This document shows, in pieces, positions 54,529-63,332 of a stretch of DNA of 64,000 nucleotides. The translations under genes were made by a program, and so were the position numbers. The notes beneath the pieces were generated by a model, which was given only the letters and a program-made list of their open reading frames with translations, did not search any database and had not been told where the DNA came from. Source of the DNA: a virus (taxonomy: Duplodnaviria > Heunggongvirae > Uroviricota > Caudoviricetes); IMG/VR virus record IMGVR_UViG_3300025913_000018. The stretch is one strand, 5' to 3'. Within the stretch, counting starts at the first letter, position 1, and every line of letters begins with the position of its first letter.

Positions 54529-54994
54529 AGAGGAGACGAAGATGGGCCGCGAGGTTGCGGAGAATGTACTGGCGGTCTTCCGCCCCTTCGCCCGTGTTGT
54601 GGGAGATCGAGACCTCGCACATCTGAGCCGCCTTCTCATAGGCAGCCTTCTCTACGTCGATCAAGGACTTCTGGAACGCGAGCGACTCCCGACCGTGGTA
54701 GGCGCACTCTCCGGATTGATACTCGGAAGGACGACCGCACCAGCACCGAGGGCCATCCGGAGCGTCCATCTGACAAGCCCCCGCGAGGGCGAGGCTCCAC
54801 CCGAGCTTCACAGCAGCTTCGAGGGTGCAGTCGACCAGCGTCTCTGCCCTCGCGATTTCGGTGCCCATGCACTTCGCGACCCAACGCTGGTCGGGCCACC
54901 GAGATCCTCGGGCCGGCTTCTCGAAGGAGACTCCTCCGTGATAATCCAGGTAGGCGCTCGCGCTCTGGTACTGGACCGCTCGGAAGTCGTTCAT
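54527..54994 (-). CDS. Cys-rich hypothetical protein
   Basis: 155 aa; GAAGGAG SD. Confidence 0.55.
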   Translation of the reverse strand: MNDFRAVQYQSASAYLDYHGGVSFEKPARGSRWPDQRWVAKCMGTEIARAETLVDCTLEAAVKLGWSLALAGACQMDAPDGPRCWCGRPSEYQSGECAYHGRESLAFQKSLIDVEKAAYEKAAQMCEVSISHNTGEGAEDRQYILRNLAAHLRLL

Positions 54995-55000
54995 GGAGCG

Positions 55001-55195
55001 TTACTCCTTCACCAGAATGTGGCCCGCTTCCTTCACCCACTTCTCGGCCGAGGTCCTCGAACTGAAGTGAAGGACGGGTCGGATCGACTTCCAGATCTTC
55101 CGCTTCGAACTCGGCTTCGAGGTCGAGGTGAAGACGCGGAAAGCTGAAGAGCCGTCCTCCTCGGTCCGGAGATTCACCTTCGCGTAGGTCGTCAC
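55001..55195 (-). CDS. small basic protein
   Basis: 64 aa. Confidence 0.4.
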   Translation of the reverse strand: MTTYAKVNLRTEEDGSSAFRVFTSTSKPSSKRKIWKSIRPVLHFSSRTSAEKWVKEAGHILVKE

Positions 55196-55201
55196 GGTTA
55201 G

Positions 55202-55426
55202 TTACTCCCGCTCTCGTTCGAGATTCGCCACGAGCACATGGTTCCGACGGGCGATGATTGACCCAGCCGTCTCGCTGATCTCGATCGAGTCGAAGGGGAT
55301 GACGTGCTTCTGGCGGTGGGCGAGCTTCAAGGTGAGGCTCGTCGCTCCGACCTCGACCCAAGCCTTCTCTTCGCCGATGTCAGGGTGGCGAATCAGCCAC
55401 CGTAGATGCGAGTACGAGTTCCTCAT
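55202..55426 (-). CDS. hypothetical protein
   Basis: MRNSYSHLRWLIRHPDIGEEKAWVEV... Confidence 0.4.
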   Translation of the reverse strand: MRNSYSHLRWLIRHPDIGEEKAWVEVGATSLTLKLAHRQKHVIPFDSIEISETAGSIIARRNHVLVANLERERE

Positions 55427-55689
55427 CGCTTCGTCCCGTAGTCGACGATCTGAACCGCAAGAGGAGGCGCGTTGTCGATCCGCCTCTTCATCTCGGCCTG
55501 AATGTACTCCAGGATGTACTCGCACCCCGGAGCGCGGGTCAGCGGATCTCGCGACCACTTCAGCAGGGTGGTGTTGCTCGCGCGACCCACTTCCCTGGTC
55601 CAAGCCTGGTTCCCCGTGACGCCTCCCCCCATCATCGAACTGACCACATCCTTCACGGCTTGGCTCAGCGTCTTTTCGACGGGAATCAA
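55423..55689 (-). CDS. hypothetical protein
   Basis: 88 aa. Confidence 0.45.
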   Translation of the reverse strand: MIPVEKTLSQAVKDVVSSMMGGGVTGNQAWTREVGRASNTTLLKWSRDPLTRAPGCEYILEYIQAEMKRRIDNAPPLAVQIVDYGTKR

Positions 55690-55970
55690 TTCGGCCGCTC
55701 GTTTTCCGACGCGGGCGGAGGCGTCACCAGGGGCTTCGTCTCGGGAGGAGTCGCGGGCGTGTACGTGTGGGTGATCTTCACCGAGTAGTTCTTCGTCATG
55801 AAGCTGTCCCTCACGAAGGCGTCGGTGAGCTTCTCGACCGCGGACTTTCGGATCCGACGGCGAGGTCTCTCCGCCTCGGGAGTTCCGCGAGGAACGAACA
55901 TCAGGATCAGGAAGAACCCGAGAAACCCCAGGACCCCGAATCCAACGGCGACAGCTTCAGGCCAGTTCAT
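55686..55970 (-). CDS. membrane protein (N-terminal TM helix, Pro/Thr-rich tail)
   Basis: MNWPEAVAVGFGVLGFLGFFLILMFV; GGCGTAAGG SD. Confidence 0.5.
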   Translation of the reverse strand: MNWPEAVAVGFGVLGFLGFFLILMFVPRGTPEAERPRRRIRKSAVEKLTDAFVRDSFMTKNYSVKITHTYTPATPPETKPLVTPPPASENERPN

Positions 55971-55979
55971 ACTTGAACC

Positions 55980-56312
55980 TTACGCCTCGGGTTCGACGTC
56001 CCCAAACCGATGCGCGCACCACTGGCACTCCACCCTCTGCTCCTTCGAGGCGTCGACCCGAAGGACGAGGATGTCCAGGAACCAGGTCTTCTCGCCCTCC
56101 TTCGTCCAGTAGACGCTCCGCATCCTCCTCTTCGGAAGATGGTCGCAGTGAGGACATCTCAACGCGTTCACGTTGACGAGGGTCTCCGAGAACAACGGCA
56201 TCTCTAGCTGAAGACGTGAGTGGAGCGGGAGACGAGGCTCCACGGGTAGCTCTTCCCTCACTCGAAACGCTCCGACGTACTCGGGTTCAGAGGTGACGTA
56301 GACCGGCTTCAC
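55980..56312 (-). CDS. zinc-binding hypothetical protein (GTG start)
   Basis: VKPVYVTSEPEY...CPHCDH...CQWC. Confidence 0.4.
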   Translation of the reverse strand: MKPVYVTSEPEYVGAFRVREELPVEPRLPLHSRLQLEMPLFSETLVNVNALRCPHCDHLPKRRMRSVYWTKEGEKTWFLDILVLRVDASKEQRVECQWCAHRFGDVEPEA

Positions 56313-56941
56313 TCGTCGTCTCGCGGTACGGGTCCGTGGGTCGGACAATCGCTCGAAGGGACCCCTTCGTGATAGTCGCCCGGACCACAGGCACAGGTGG
56401 GCAGGAACGTTGAGCAAGGCCCGGAGTGTCCGTTCCTGAGAAAACAAGAGAGTCCCGAAACCACTTTCCCGCAGAACGCGAGCGGTTGTCGATCGGGTTC
56501 CCCCGCATAGACCGTCTCGTGAGGCTTCCATGCAGCCAGGCGTTGGTACTTCTCCTCGGTGGAGTGACCGTCGTACTTTCCTGCATAGGCTGGGAACCCC
56601 GAAGAGGACTTTCGGTCCTCCGCCGTCATGTGCCACGAGACCTGACCCGTGGGGAGGTCGATGTAGAGGATCGGCCACGCCATCGCGTCTTCCGGATCCA
56701 TCGAGAGATCGAGACCCCATCCGACGCGATGACCAAGGCGAGAGGCCGAACGAGCGAGCGAGAGAACCACCTTCGAACGCTCGGCGTAGACCTCGTTGAG
56801 GTTCTGGTTGGCCTTTTCGAGAGCGCCCATGGCCTTCTTCGCCAGTTCCAGGAGTTCGTTGGAGGAGGCCTCGGCCCGCTCCGAACGGCCCTCATGGAGC
56901 TTCAGGAGCTTCTCGTAGGTCTTCAGCAGTTCGTCGATCAT
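56309..56941 (-). CDS. hypothetical protein
   Basis: 210 aa. Confidence 0.55.
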   Translation of the reverse strand: MIDELLKTYEKLLKLHEGRSERAEASSNELLELAKKAMGALEKANQNLNEVYAERSKVVLSLARSASRLGHRVGWGLDLSMDPEDAMAWPILYIDLPTGQVSWHMTAEDRKSSSGFPAYAGKYDGHSTEEKYQRLAAWKPHETVYAGEPDRQPLAFCGKVVSGLSCFLRNGHSGPCSTFLPTCACGPGDYHEGVPSSDCPTHGPVPRDDE

Positions 56942-57231
56942 TTCCCCACCTTCAACCGATCGATCTCATCGTGGGCTTCCACGAGGTACGAGCAGAGGTC
57001 GGGAATGTCCGCGATCGCCGCGTCCCGAGCTTCGCGCTCCATGATGAGCTGTTTGATCACCGATTGGAGAAGGGCAATCGAGTCCTCGATCTGCTTTCCT
57101 TCTCGGATCCGAGTGAATGCGCCCTTGATCGTTAGGACCGAACCGTCCACCGGAACGGGTTGAGGGGCGAGGGCTGCCGTTCGACGGACCTCGATCGCGG
57201 CGAGCTTCTTCTCCAGAATGTCTCTGGTCAT
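56938..57231 (-). CDS. hypothetical protein
   Basis: 97 aa. Confidence 0.5.
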   Translation of the reverse strand: MTRDILEKKLAAIEVRRTAALAPQPVPVDGSVLTIKGAFTRIREGKQIEDSIALLQSVIKQLIMEREARDAAIADIPDLCSYLVEAHDEIDRLKVGK

Positions 57232-57440
57232 TCGTTCTCCTTCGGCCTCGGTTTTCCTCCCCAGAAGGTCGAACTCACCCCGGTCCGACGCTCCTTCCGG
57301 GAGGCCTCGCGCTTACGCTTCTTCCGAGCGCGAGCGACGGAAGGAGCGTCGCAATCGCGCTTCTTGTTTTCGCCCTTCCAGTGAGGTCCGTGCTCGGAAC
57401 GTTTCTTCTCGTCCCGGCGAGCGTTGTCGTGATTGCTCAT
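57228..57440 (-). CDS. small highly basic protein
   Basis: Lys/Arg-rich, 70 aa. Confidence 0.4.
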   Translation of the reverse strand: MSNHDNARRDEKKRSEHGPHWKGENKKRDCDAPSVARARKKRKREASRKERRTGVSSTFWGGKPRPKENE

Positions 57441-57444
57441 GGGG

Positions 57445-58014
57445 TTACATGTCCGTGAGGTCGATCTCTTCGCCCGTGATCGCTTCCGTACACGTCACGA
57501 TCGTCCCGATCGAAGTGTGAGTGATCTTCCAGGTGTACCCGCCGCCAATCGCTCCGTAGTAGGGGCCGCCACCGGTCATCCTCTTCATCCTCTCACCGGT
57601 GTTCTGCTTCGCGACGGCTTTCGCTCGAACCTCTTCGGTCCATCGCAACCAGCGCTCGTACTGGAGCCGATCGAGCGTAATCCCGACGGTCATCTCCAGC
57701 TCCCACACCATCGGACGTCTCATCGTCATCTGGAACTCGTGGTCGAGCCCGTGATTGTAGAGGGCGATGACCTTCGTCGTCCAGTACGAATCCTCGTTCT
57801 TGTAGAAGAGACCGTGGATCTCCCGCGGGTCCTCGCCCTTCTTCACACCTAACGTGTACTCCGTCCCGTCCGTGACGGCTATCACGAAGAGATGGGTGTC
57901 CCCGGCTTCCTTACTGGCGGAGAGCCATCCGCGAAGCTTCTCGCGGTCGACCACTCGATCGCTGAGGTCTCCGTACGCCTTCAACTCTTCTGGGGTGGGT
58001 TCGCGAACGGTCAT
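57445..58014 (-). CDS. hypothetical protein
   Basis: 189 aa; GAAGGA SD. Confidence 0.55.
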   Translation of the reverse strand: MTVREPTPEELKAYGDLSDRVVDREKLRGWLSASKEAGDTHLFVIAVTDGTEYTLGVKKGEDPREIHGLFYKNEDSYWTTKVIALYNHGLDHEFQMTMRRPMVWELEMTVGITLDRLQYERWLRWTEEVRAKAVAKQNTGERMKRMTGGGPYYGAIGGGYTWKITHTSIGTIVTCTEAITGEEIDLTDM

Positions 58015-58196
58015 GGGGAATCCTTCTCGAAACTGGGAGACCTACAGTCCGCCCCGTCCTCGGAGAGATGGGGACGAAAAGCCGAGGCGGGGTCGCTGAA
58101 GATCCGACCGCATCGCTTACAGGTACACGAACGCTCTTCGTCGGTAACGAACCGACCCAGAACTCGGTTCTCGAAGGGTGATTCCTTCTCTATCAT
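58011..58196 (-). CDS. small zinc-ribbon protein
   Basis: CTCKRCG...C. Confidence 0.4.
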   Translation of the reverse strand: MIEKESPFENRVLGRFVTDEERSCTCKRCGRIFSDPASAFRPHLSEDGADCRSPSFEKDSP

Positions 58197-58492
58197 TCTT
58201 CGGGCTTGGGCTTGTAGTACGCGTCCTCGTGTACGTCAGAGAGATGGATGAGAGCGAGATGGGAAAGCGCGAGCGAGTTGATCACCACGTCCGCAGCCCC
58301 GAGAGCGTCTTGAAGAAGTTGTTTCCTCGCCCCTCTCTTCCCTCGAAGACTCTCTGCGATCTCGGCGCGAACACCCCTGTAGAATAAGACCTGGGTCTTG
58401 ATCTGGTCGATGTGATCGCAGAGGGGGATCTCCCCCGGGCAGAAACGGTCCCCGTCGAAAATGACGAGATGGTTTCGCTTCGTCTTCTTCAT
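58193..58492 (-). CDS. hypothetical protein; possible NYN/PIN-like domain (HLVIFDGD)
   Basis: Weak resemblance of the N-terminal hhhFhDG.N motif to NYN-domain nucleases. Confidence 0.4.
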   Translation of the reverse strand: MKKTKRNHLVIFDGDRFCPGEIPLCDHIDQIKTQVLFYRGVRAEIAESLRGKRGARKQLLQDALGAADVVINSLALSHLALIHLSDVHEDAYYKPKPEE

Positions 58493-58794
58493 GACTCCTC
58501 TTCCTCTTCCGTTTTCTCGATGGAGTTGGCGTAGATGCGCTCGACCTCTTTGTATCCGAGATGGGCGTCGAGGGCGCAGAGACGAGCTTCTTGGAGGCGA
58601 GCCCTCTTCGTCAGTCTCTGGTTGAGGAGAATCTGACGAGAGCTGATCATGTCAGCGACGTAGTACAACCCGACGCCAACGAAGAGCCAGACCGAAGCGA
58701 TCATACTCCGTGTTCCGAACCCAGAGATCCAGGCGGAAAGAAAACCGCCTGAAAGCATTCCGAGGAACGGGACGAATCGAGGAAGGATCTTCAT
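58489..58794 (-). CDS. membrane protein (two TM helices; holin-like topology)
   Basis: Hydrophobic segments FVPFLGMLSGGFLSAWISGF and IASVWLFVGVGLYYVA. Confidence 0.45.
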   Translation of the reverse strand: MKILPRFVPFLGMLSGGFLSAWISGFGTRSMIASVWLFVGVGLYYVADMISSRQILLNQRLTKRARLQEARLCALDAHLGYKEVERIYANSIEKTEEEEES

Positions 58795-58804
58795 CGACCC
58801 TCCA

Positions 58805-59533
58805 TTACTCGGTAGAGATTCTGGGCTTCAGGTCGACGATGATCGGAGGGTTCTTCGGCTTCCCGTCCGCGTTGAAGAGCGCCGCGTTCAGACAGAGCGT
58901 TCCGAACTCCGTGACGTAGAGACCTCGACGAGGATGGATGTGTCCGAAGGCGTGGATACGGGGCTTCACCCTCTCGATCGCCCGACGGAGCGCGGGCGAG
59001 CCCGTGAAGTCGTAGTACCCATCCTTCCGGATCATGAGATCCAGAATCCCCTTCGGAGGACTGTGGGTGACGAGAACGTCGATCGGACCCCGAATGTGGT
59101 TGAAGGCCCGCTCGTCTTCGCCTGGGGTAGTCGTCTGGAAGGCGAAGTCTCCGCAGTACCCGACCCAGGGCGCCCCGTAGAACACCAGCCCCTCGACCGT
59201 AGCCGCCCCGTCCTGCAGGTAGATGACCCCGGCCCGGCGGAAGCGGTCTCGTGCCATGGCGGGGCCTTCCGGCCACCCCTTACGGGTGAGGGGACAGGTC
59301 TCGTCCAAGATCTCGTCATGGTTCCCCGCGACGACCACGATGTGCTTCACGTACCCCTTCTTGAGGAGCATCGCGCACCAATCAGCGAACGTCCCCAGCT
59401 CCCCAAGCGTGCCGTGGTACTCGCAGAAGTCCCCGCAGTGGACGAGGATGTCGATCCCCGCCTTCTTCGTCAGGAACTGAGTGACCTTCGTGTGATGAAG
59501 GTGGGTGTCGCTGATGAAGGCGAGGCGGGTCAT
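58805..59533 (-). CDS. calcineurin-like metallophosphoesterase
   Basis: Motifs ISDTHLHH, GDF, GNHD, THSPP, GHIH. Confidence 0.75.
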   Translation of the reverse strand: MTRLAFISDTHLHHTKVTQFLTKKAGIDILVHCGDFCEYHGTLGELGTFADWCAMLLKKGYVKHIVVVAGNHDEILDETCPLTRKGWPEGPAMARDRFRRAGVIYLQDGAATVEGLVFYGAPWVGYCGDFAFQTTTPGEDERAFNHIRGPIDVLVTHSPPKGILDLMIRKDGYYDFTGSPALRRAIERVKPRIHAFGHIHPRRGLYVTEFGTLCLNAALFNADGKPKNPPIIVDLKPRISTE

Positions 59534-59745
59534 ACGCGAGAGAGCGGGATACGGAAGCGTTCCCCCGAATCTGTCTTCACGTGGATGTGGTCATCGGCCC
59601 CGACCCAGAAAGCGACGAACCCGACCGGAGGCGGCTCTGGCTCGTAACCCGGAGGTCTCTTCTGAGCGAGGTACGTGATCCCGGGCTCTATGAACTTCAG
59701 GGGTTGAAAGGTCTCCGCAACCTTGGTGATGGTATCATCGCTCAT
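59530..59745 (-). CDS. small hypothetical protein
   Basis: 71 aa; GAAGGGGG SD. Confidence 0.45.
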   Translation of the reverse strand: MSDDTITKVAETFQPLKFIEPGITYLAQKRPPGYEPEPPPVGFVAFWVGADDHIHVKTDSGERFRIPLSRV

Positions 59746-59767
59746 GACGGGACGTTACCCCCTTCAC

Positions 59768-60280
59768 TCAAAAGACGGGGTTCTGTCCGTTTTTGAGTTC
59801 GTCGCAGAACTGATCCCAATCCTCTTCCGGAGGCTCCGAAGAGACGAAGCGCTGGCAGGCCTCCTCTGGAGAGAGCGGGGGTCCGAGATCGATCGAACCC
59901 ATACTGAGCCCGAGGTCTCGAACGAACTCACGAGCGCACGAAGGGGAACAGAACATCGTCCCATCGTACACGTAGTCCCTACAGGTAGCGCACGGACCCG
60001 TGGGCAACGGGCGATGAGGCTTCTTCGGGTCGACCTCTTCGTACGAGGGGACGATCCCGTCGAACTGAGCGACGGTCGGATCAACGACCGAACCGTCCGG
60101 AGCGACGCACCACCAGTGGGTATCTTCGCCCCACAGGCAGAAGACAAACCCGCACGCTCTTCGAAGCTCGGGGAACTCCGCGACCATCTCTCGCGTCGCC
60201 TCTCCGCACCGCCCCCGGACGAAGTTCTTGTGACGAGCGACGAAAGCCGCTGTCCACGCCTCGTAACGAGGATCGCTCAC
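59768..60280 (-). CDS. Cys-rich hypothetical protein (GTG start)
   Basis: GTGA coupling. Confidence 0.45.
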   Translation of the reverse strand: MSDPRYEAWTAAFVARHKNFVRGRCGEATREMVAEFPELRRACGFVFCLWGEDTHWWCVAPDGSVVDPTVAQFDGIVPSYEEVDPKKPHRPLPTGPCATCRDYVYDGTMFCSPSCAREFVRDLGLSMGSIDLGPPLSPEEACQRFVSSEPPEEDWDQFCDELKNGQNPVF

Positions 60281-60675
60281 AGGGCGCAACACTCGGTGTG
60301 AGCCTTCGACGAACCCTTCTGGTGGTAGGTCTTCGAGGCTTCGATCGGTTGCTTGCAGAAGCAGCACGGGTCTTTGTGGGTCGTCTTCGCCGTCTTCAAC
60401 GGTCTCTCTCGAAGGAGTTCCTTCCAGCGGACACGAGCAGCTTCTCGGTGGGCCGCTTCCTGTTCCGCGTCTCGCTTCTCCAACGCCTCCATGAAGGCGT
60501 CCGACATCAGATACCCCTTCTGAGCGAGGTAGTAGACGATCGCGTTACGGTAGGGACCAGGGGCAGTCCGAGTGACCTTCGCCTCGGCTTCCTCCTGGGA
60601 GAAGATGTGGTCCGCCGAAACTTGGGCCATGAAGTTGTTCGCCGCGGGTCCGCGGAGGGTCACTGTACGCATCAC
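60277..60675 (-). CDS. hypothetical protein
   Basis: 132 aa; C-terminal CCFCK...HTECC. Confidence 0.5.
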   Translation of the reverse strand: MMRTVTLRGPAANNFMAQVSADHIFSQEEAEAKVTRTAPGPYRNAIVYYLAQKGYLMSDAFMEALEKRDAEQEAAHREAARVRWKELLRERPLKTAKTTHKDPCCFCKQPIEASKTYHQKGSSKAHTECCAL

Positions 60676-60962
60676 TCGCTCCTCGTTACGAACTCGAACA
60701 TCTCGATGTCGACCAACGTAGTCTCCAAGACGCAGTCCTCGCTCATGAAGAGGATCGGACGAAAGAACATCCGGATTCGATCGTTCGGAGCCGGGAGGGA
60801 CTCCTTCGGACCCAAGAACAGGCCACGCTTCGAAGCCTCCGAGGCGATCCCGAGGATGGAAAGGAAGCCCCCCTCCTCCGACTTCAGGAAGAGCTTCAGG
60901 CGAAGGGCTTCGACCCGAGCGTCTTCGAAGGAGTAGTGCTTGATCTGTACGGGTTGGCCCAC
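60672..60962 (-). CDS. hypothetical protein (GTG start)
   Basis: GGCGTAAGG SD. Confidence 0.45.
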   Translation of the reverse strand: MGQPVQIKHYSFEDARVEALRLKLFLKSEEGGFLSILGIASEASKRGLFLGPKESLPAPNDRIRMFFRPILFMSEDCVLETTLVDIEMFEFVTRSE

Positions 60963-60975
60963 GTATCCCTTACGC

Positions 60976-62328
60976 CTACCAGAGCTTGTCCCCCGCCCGA
61001 GGCCCGAAAGACTGAACAGCCACCGGGATATCCAGCTCCTGTTCGAGCTTCCTCACGTAGTCCCCCACGTCGTCGTTTCGAACGGTCTGATAGATCGGCC
61101 TACACCCGAGAAGGTCTCGGGTGAGCTGGCTCTGATAGTCGAGGTCCCCAGGCGCGCGAGGACGAAGGGAACTAGCCCGACCCCCTTCCATGAAGAAGCG
61201 TTCCTCGCTCCCCGGAGGAACCTCGTACGCCTCGCACATCGACCACTGAGGGAAATAGCGAAGTCGATCCAGACACGTCACCGCGAGTTCGGTGATGTCG
61301 GGGCACAGACTGAGCGCGTAGCGAGCGAGGGGGAGATCGAACCACCCCACTCGGAAAGATCCTTGCCATCCTGCGTCATGGTTGGCGGCGTCCCGGAGCG
61401 CCTTAGTGAGCGCCTCGTTCTCGGTCGGGAACGGTCCCTGACCGTGACGGGTCGAGTAGGCGCGGAGAACGCCGATACGACGGACCGGACCTTCGCGCCC
61501 CGATTCCTTGATCAGGTCGTCGGCGTTCTTCGTCGTGGTCGTACTCCACGTCGTGTGTGGATGGAACCCGTGCCACTCATCCAAGAGGACTCCCTGAGCC
61601 CCTTCGAAGATGACGTGTTCGGTTCCAGAGATCTGAGCCTCGACCTGATACGGAGCCGCGATGTGGACCATCTCTCCCACATCGAAGTAGAGGAGAAGGG
61701 CCATCTCCTCCAGCATTCCGATCTTGCGGAAGACTCGAAGGTCCTCCGAAGCGCTTTCCATTCCCTGGAGCTTCGGGAGAAGAGGTTCGATCTGAGCCAA
61801 CTTCAACTCCCGAAGCTGGTTCATCTTGCTCAGGAGGATCTTCGAGTCCCGAAGGTCCCCAGCTCGAAGGACGAGATCCGGATGGTCGAGGGAGTCCCCT
61901 ACCGTCTCCCCGACACCCAACCCACACGTACCGTGACGACCTTCTCCCCTCGCCATCTCCCGAAGGCGGTTGGCTGCTTGCTGGTAGGGGGAGATCACGA
62001 GCGCCCTCTCGTCGACCACGAGTCGAGAAAGAGCGTCACTCACCCCGATGGAGATGAGATGGTTGTTCTCAGCGAGGAGACCGGAAGGGTGGAAGACGAA
62101 GTGCTTCGAGAGAAGCGTTCGAGACCCGGGAACGAATGTAGCCGCCCCGAACTGAGAGAACACATGCTCTCTTCCGTCCGGGGCGACAACACGATGACCA
62201 GCTTGGGCGCCGCCATTGTGCCTCACTACGAGAGGCGGCGACGAACAGCGACGCGCGATAGCGTCGACCATCGTGCCCTTACCCGCGTCACCGAAACCGA
62301 GATCTACGACGACGTGGGTAGAGGGCAC
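60976..62328 (-). CDS. adenylosuccinate synthetase family protein (PurA/PurZ-like), divergent
   Basis: VVVDLGFGDAGKGTMVD (PurA P-loop GDEGKGK), RHNGGAQAGHRVV (QGGHNAGHT), HVIFEGAQGVLLDEWHG, AYSTRHGQGPFPTE. The Asp-binding loop reads GWQGSFRV instead of TTGRRRR, and CLD replaces the GTP-specificity KLD. Confidence 0.75.
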   Translation of the reverse strand: MPSTHVVVDLGFGDAGKGTMVDAIARRCSSPPLVVRHNGGAQAGHRVVAPDGREHVFSQFGAATFVPGSRTLLSKHFVFHPSGLLAENNHLISIGVSDALSRLVVDERALVISPYQQAANRLREMARGEGRHGTCGLGVGETVGDSLDHPDLVLRAGDLRDSKILLSKMNQLRELKLAQIEPLLPKLQGMESASEDLRVFRKIGMLEEMALLLYFDVGEMVHIAAPYQVEAQISGTEHVIFEGAQGVLLDEWHGFHPHTTWSTTTTKNADDLIKESGREGPVRRIGVLRAYSTRHGQGPFPTENEALTKALRDAANHDAGWQGSFRVGWFDLPLARYALSLCPDITELAVTCLDRLRYFPQWSMCEAYEVPPGSEERFFMEGGRASSLRPRAPGDLDYQSQLTRDLLGCRPIYQTVRNDDVGDYVRKLEQELDIPVAVQSFGPRAGDKLW

Positions 62329-62337
62329 GGCAGGACC

Positions 62338-63315
62338 TCAGATACGAACGGTGCCGCCGGTCGAGTCACCCGAGTCGGGGAGCTTCCCGACGAGGGAACC
62401 CGGCGTCGCGCGAGCGAGGGCATCCTTCAGCGGAACGATCGCCGCTCCGACCGACTTCACGGTTCCGGCGCTCGCGCCCGAGTCGCGAAGCACCCCGTTC
62501 ACCGCATCGATGGAGTGGCCCTCGCAGAGACCGATCGTCGCCGCGATCAGCTCGCAGATGCTTCCCGGATCGTCGAGCTTCAGCGCACGCTCTCCGAGCA
62601 GCTCCTTCCACCCGGCGAGGATCGAGGGATGATTGCCCGTGGGCGTCCCCACGACGATGTGGAAGACGTTGTAGCGGCTCTGACACGCGCGGATCAGATC
62701 CTTCACCTGGACGTCGGCCTCGTTCGAGTCACCGAAGATCCGCAACGCCTCGTCGCGCTTGATCGTCGGCCAGACCAGCTCGTCGCCGATCGTGAAGAGG
62801 TAGCCCGGCTTCCCGCGCTTCTCCCAGCAATCGATGCTGGTGTGATTCGCGAAGAAGTAGTGGGCGAGCCCGTACGACTCCATGTTCTGACCACCACCGT
62901 TCCCCTCGATGTAGATGTCGGTCAGGCACTGGTCGATCTCCAGGCCCGACTCGAACTGACCGACCTGGAACGGGGTCGTGTCCGAGTACGAGTCGCCCAC
63001 AGCCCCGAAGAGAACCTGGGGGTGGGGGATCACGCTCTTCTCGACGAGCATCCGCATCAGCCCACCCAGCTTGTGCTGGGCGAACTCGAAGGGCGTGTGG
63101 CCCATCGATCCCGTGACGTCGAAGATCACGCCGATCGCGTTCGACTCCGGGTGATCCGCCGAATCGCGCGACTCGCGAACCTTCACCCCCTTCGGGTCGA
63201 GACTCGGCTTGAGCTTCGTCGAGAAGACCTTCGCCTTCGCCGTTCCGTAGTCCATCGTTGCACGGGGTGCGCTGATGTTCTTGTACGCATCATCCGACCA
63301 ACTGGAGTAACCCAT
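62338..63315 (-). CDS. von Willebrand factor type A (vWA) domain protein
   Basis: MIDAS motif IGVIFDVTGSMGH (DxSGS). Confidence 0.65.
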   Translation of the reverse strand: MGYSSWSDDAYKNISAPRATMDYGTAKAKVFSTKLKPSLDPKGVKVRESRDSADHPESNAIGVIFDVTGSMGHTPFEFAQHKLGGLMRMLVEKSVIPHPQVLFGAVGDSYSDTTPFQVGQFESGLEIDQCLTDIYIEGNGGGQNMESYGLAHYFFANHTSIDCWEKRGKPGYLFTIGDELVWPTIKRDEALRIFGDSNEADVQVKDLIRACQSRYNVFHIVVGTPTGNHPSILAGWKELLGERALKLDDPGSICELIAATIGLCEGHSIDAVNGVLRDSGASAGTVKSVGAAIVPLKDALARATPGSLVGKLPDSGDSTGGTVRI

Positions 63316-63332
63316 CTTCGACCTTCTTTCGT

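Noticed and set aside
59746-59790. Hairpin (CUCAAAAACGG-loop-CCGUCUUUUGAG) as an intrinsic terminator.
   Set aside because: The stem lies inside the C-terminal codons of the upstream gene, and no U-tract follows the stem; a GAAGGGGG SD for the next gene follows instead.
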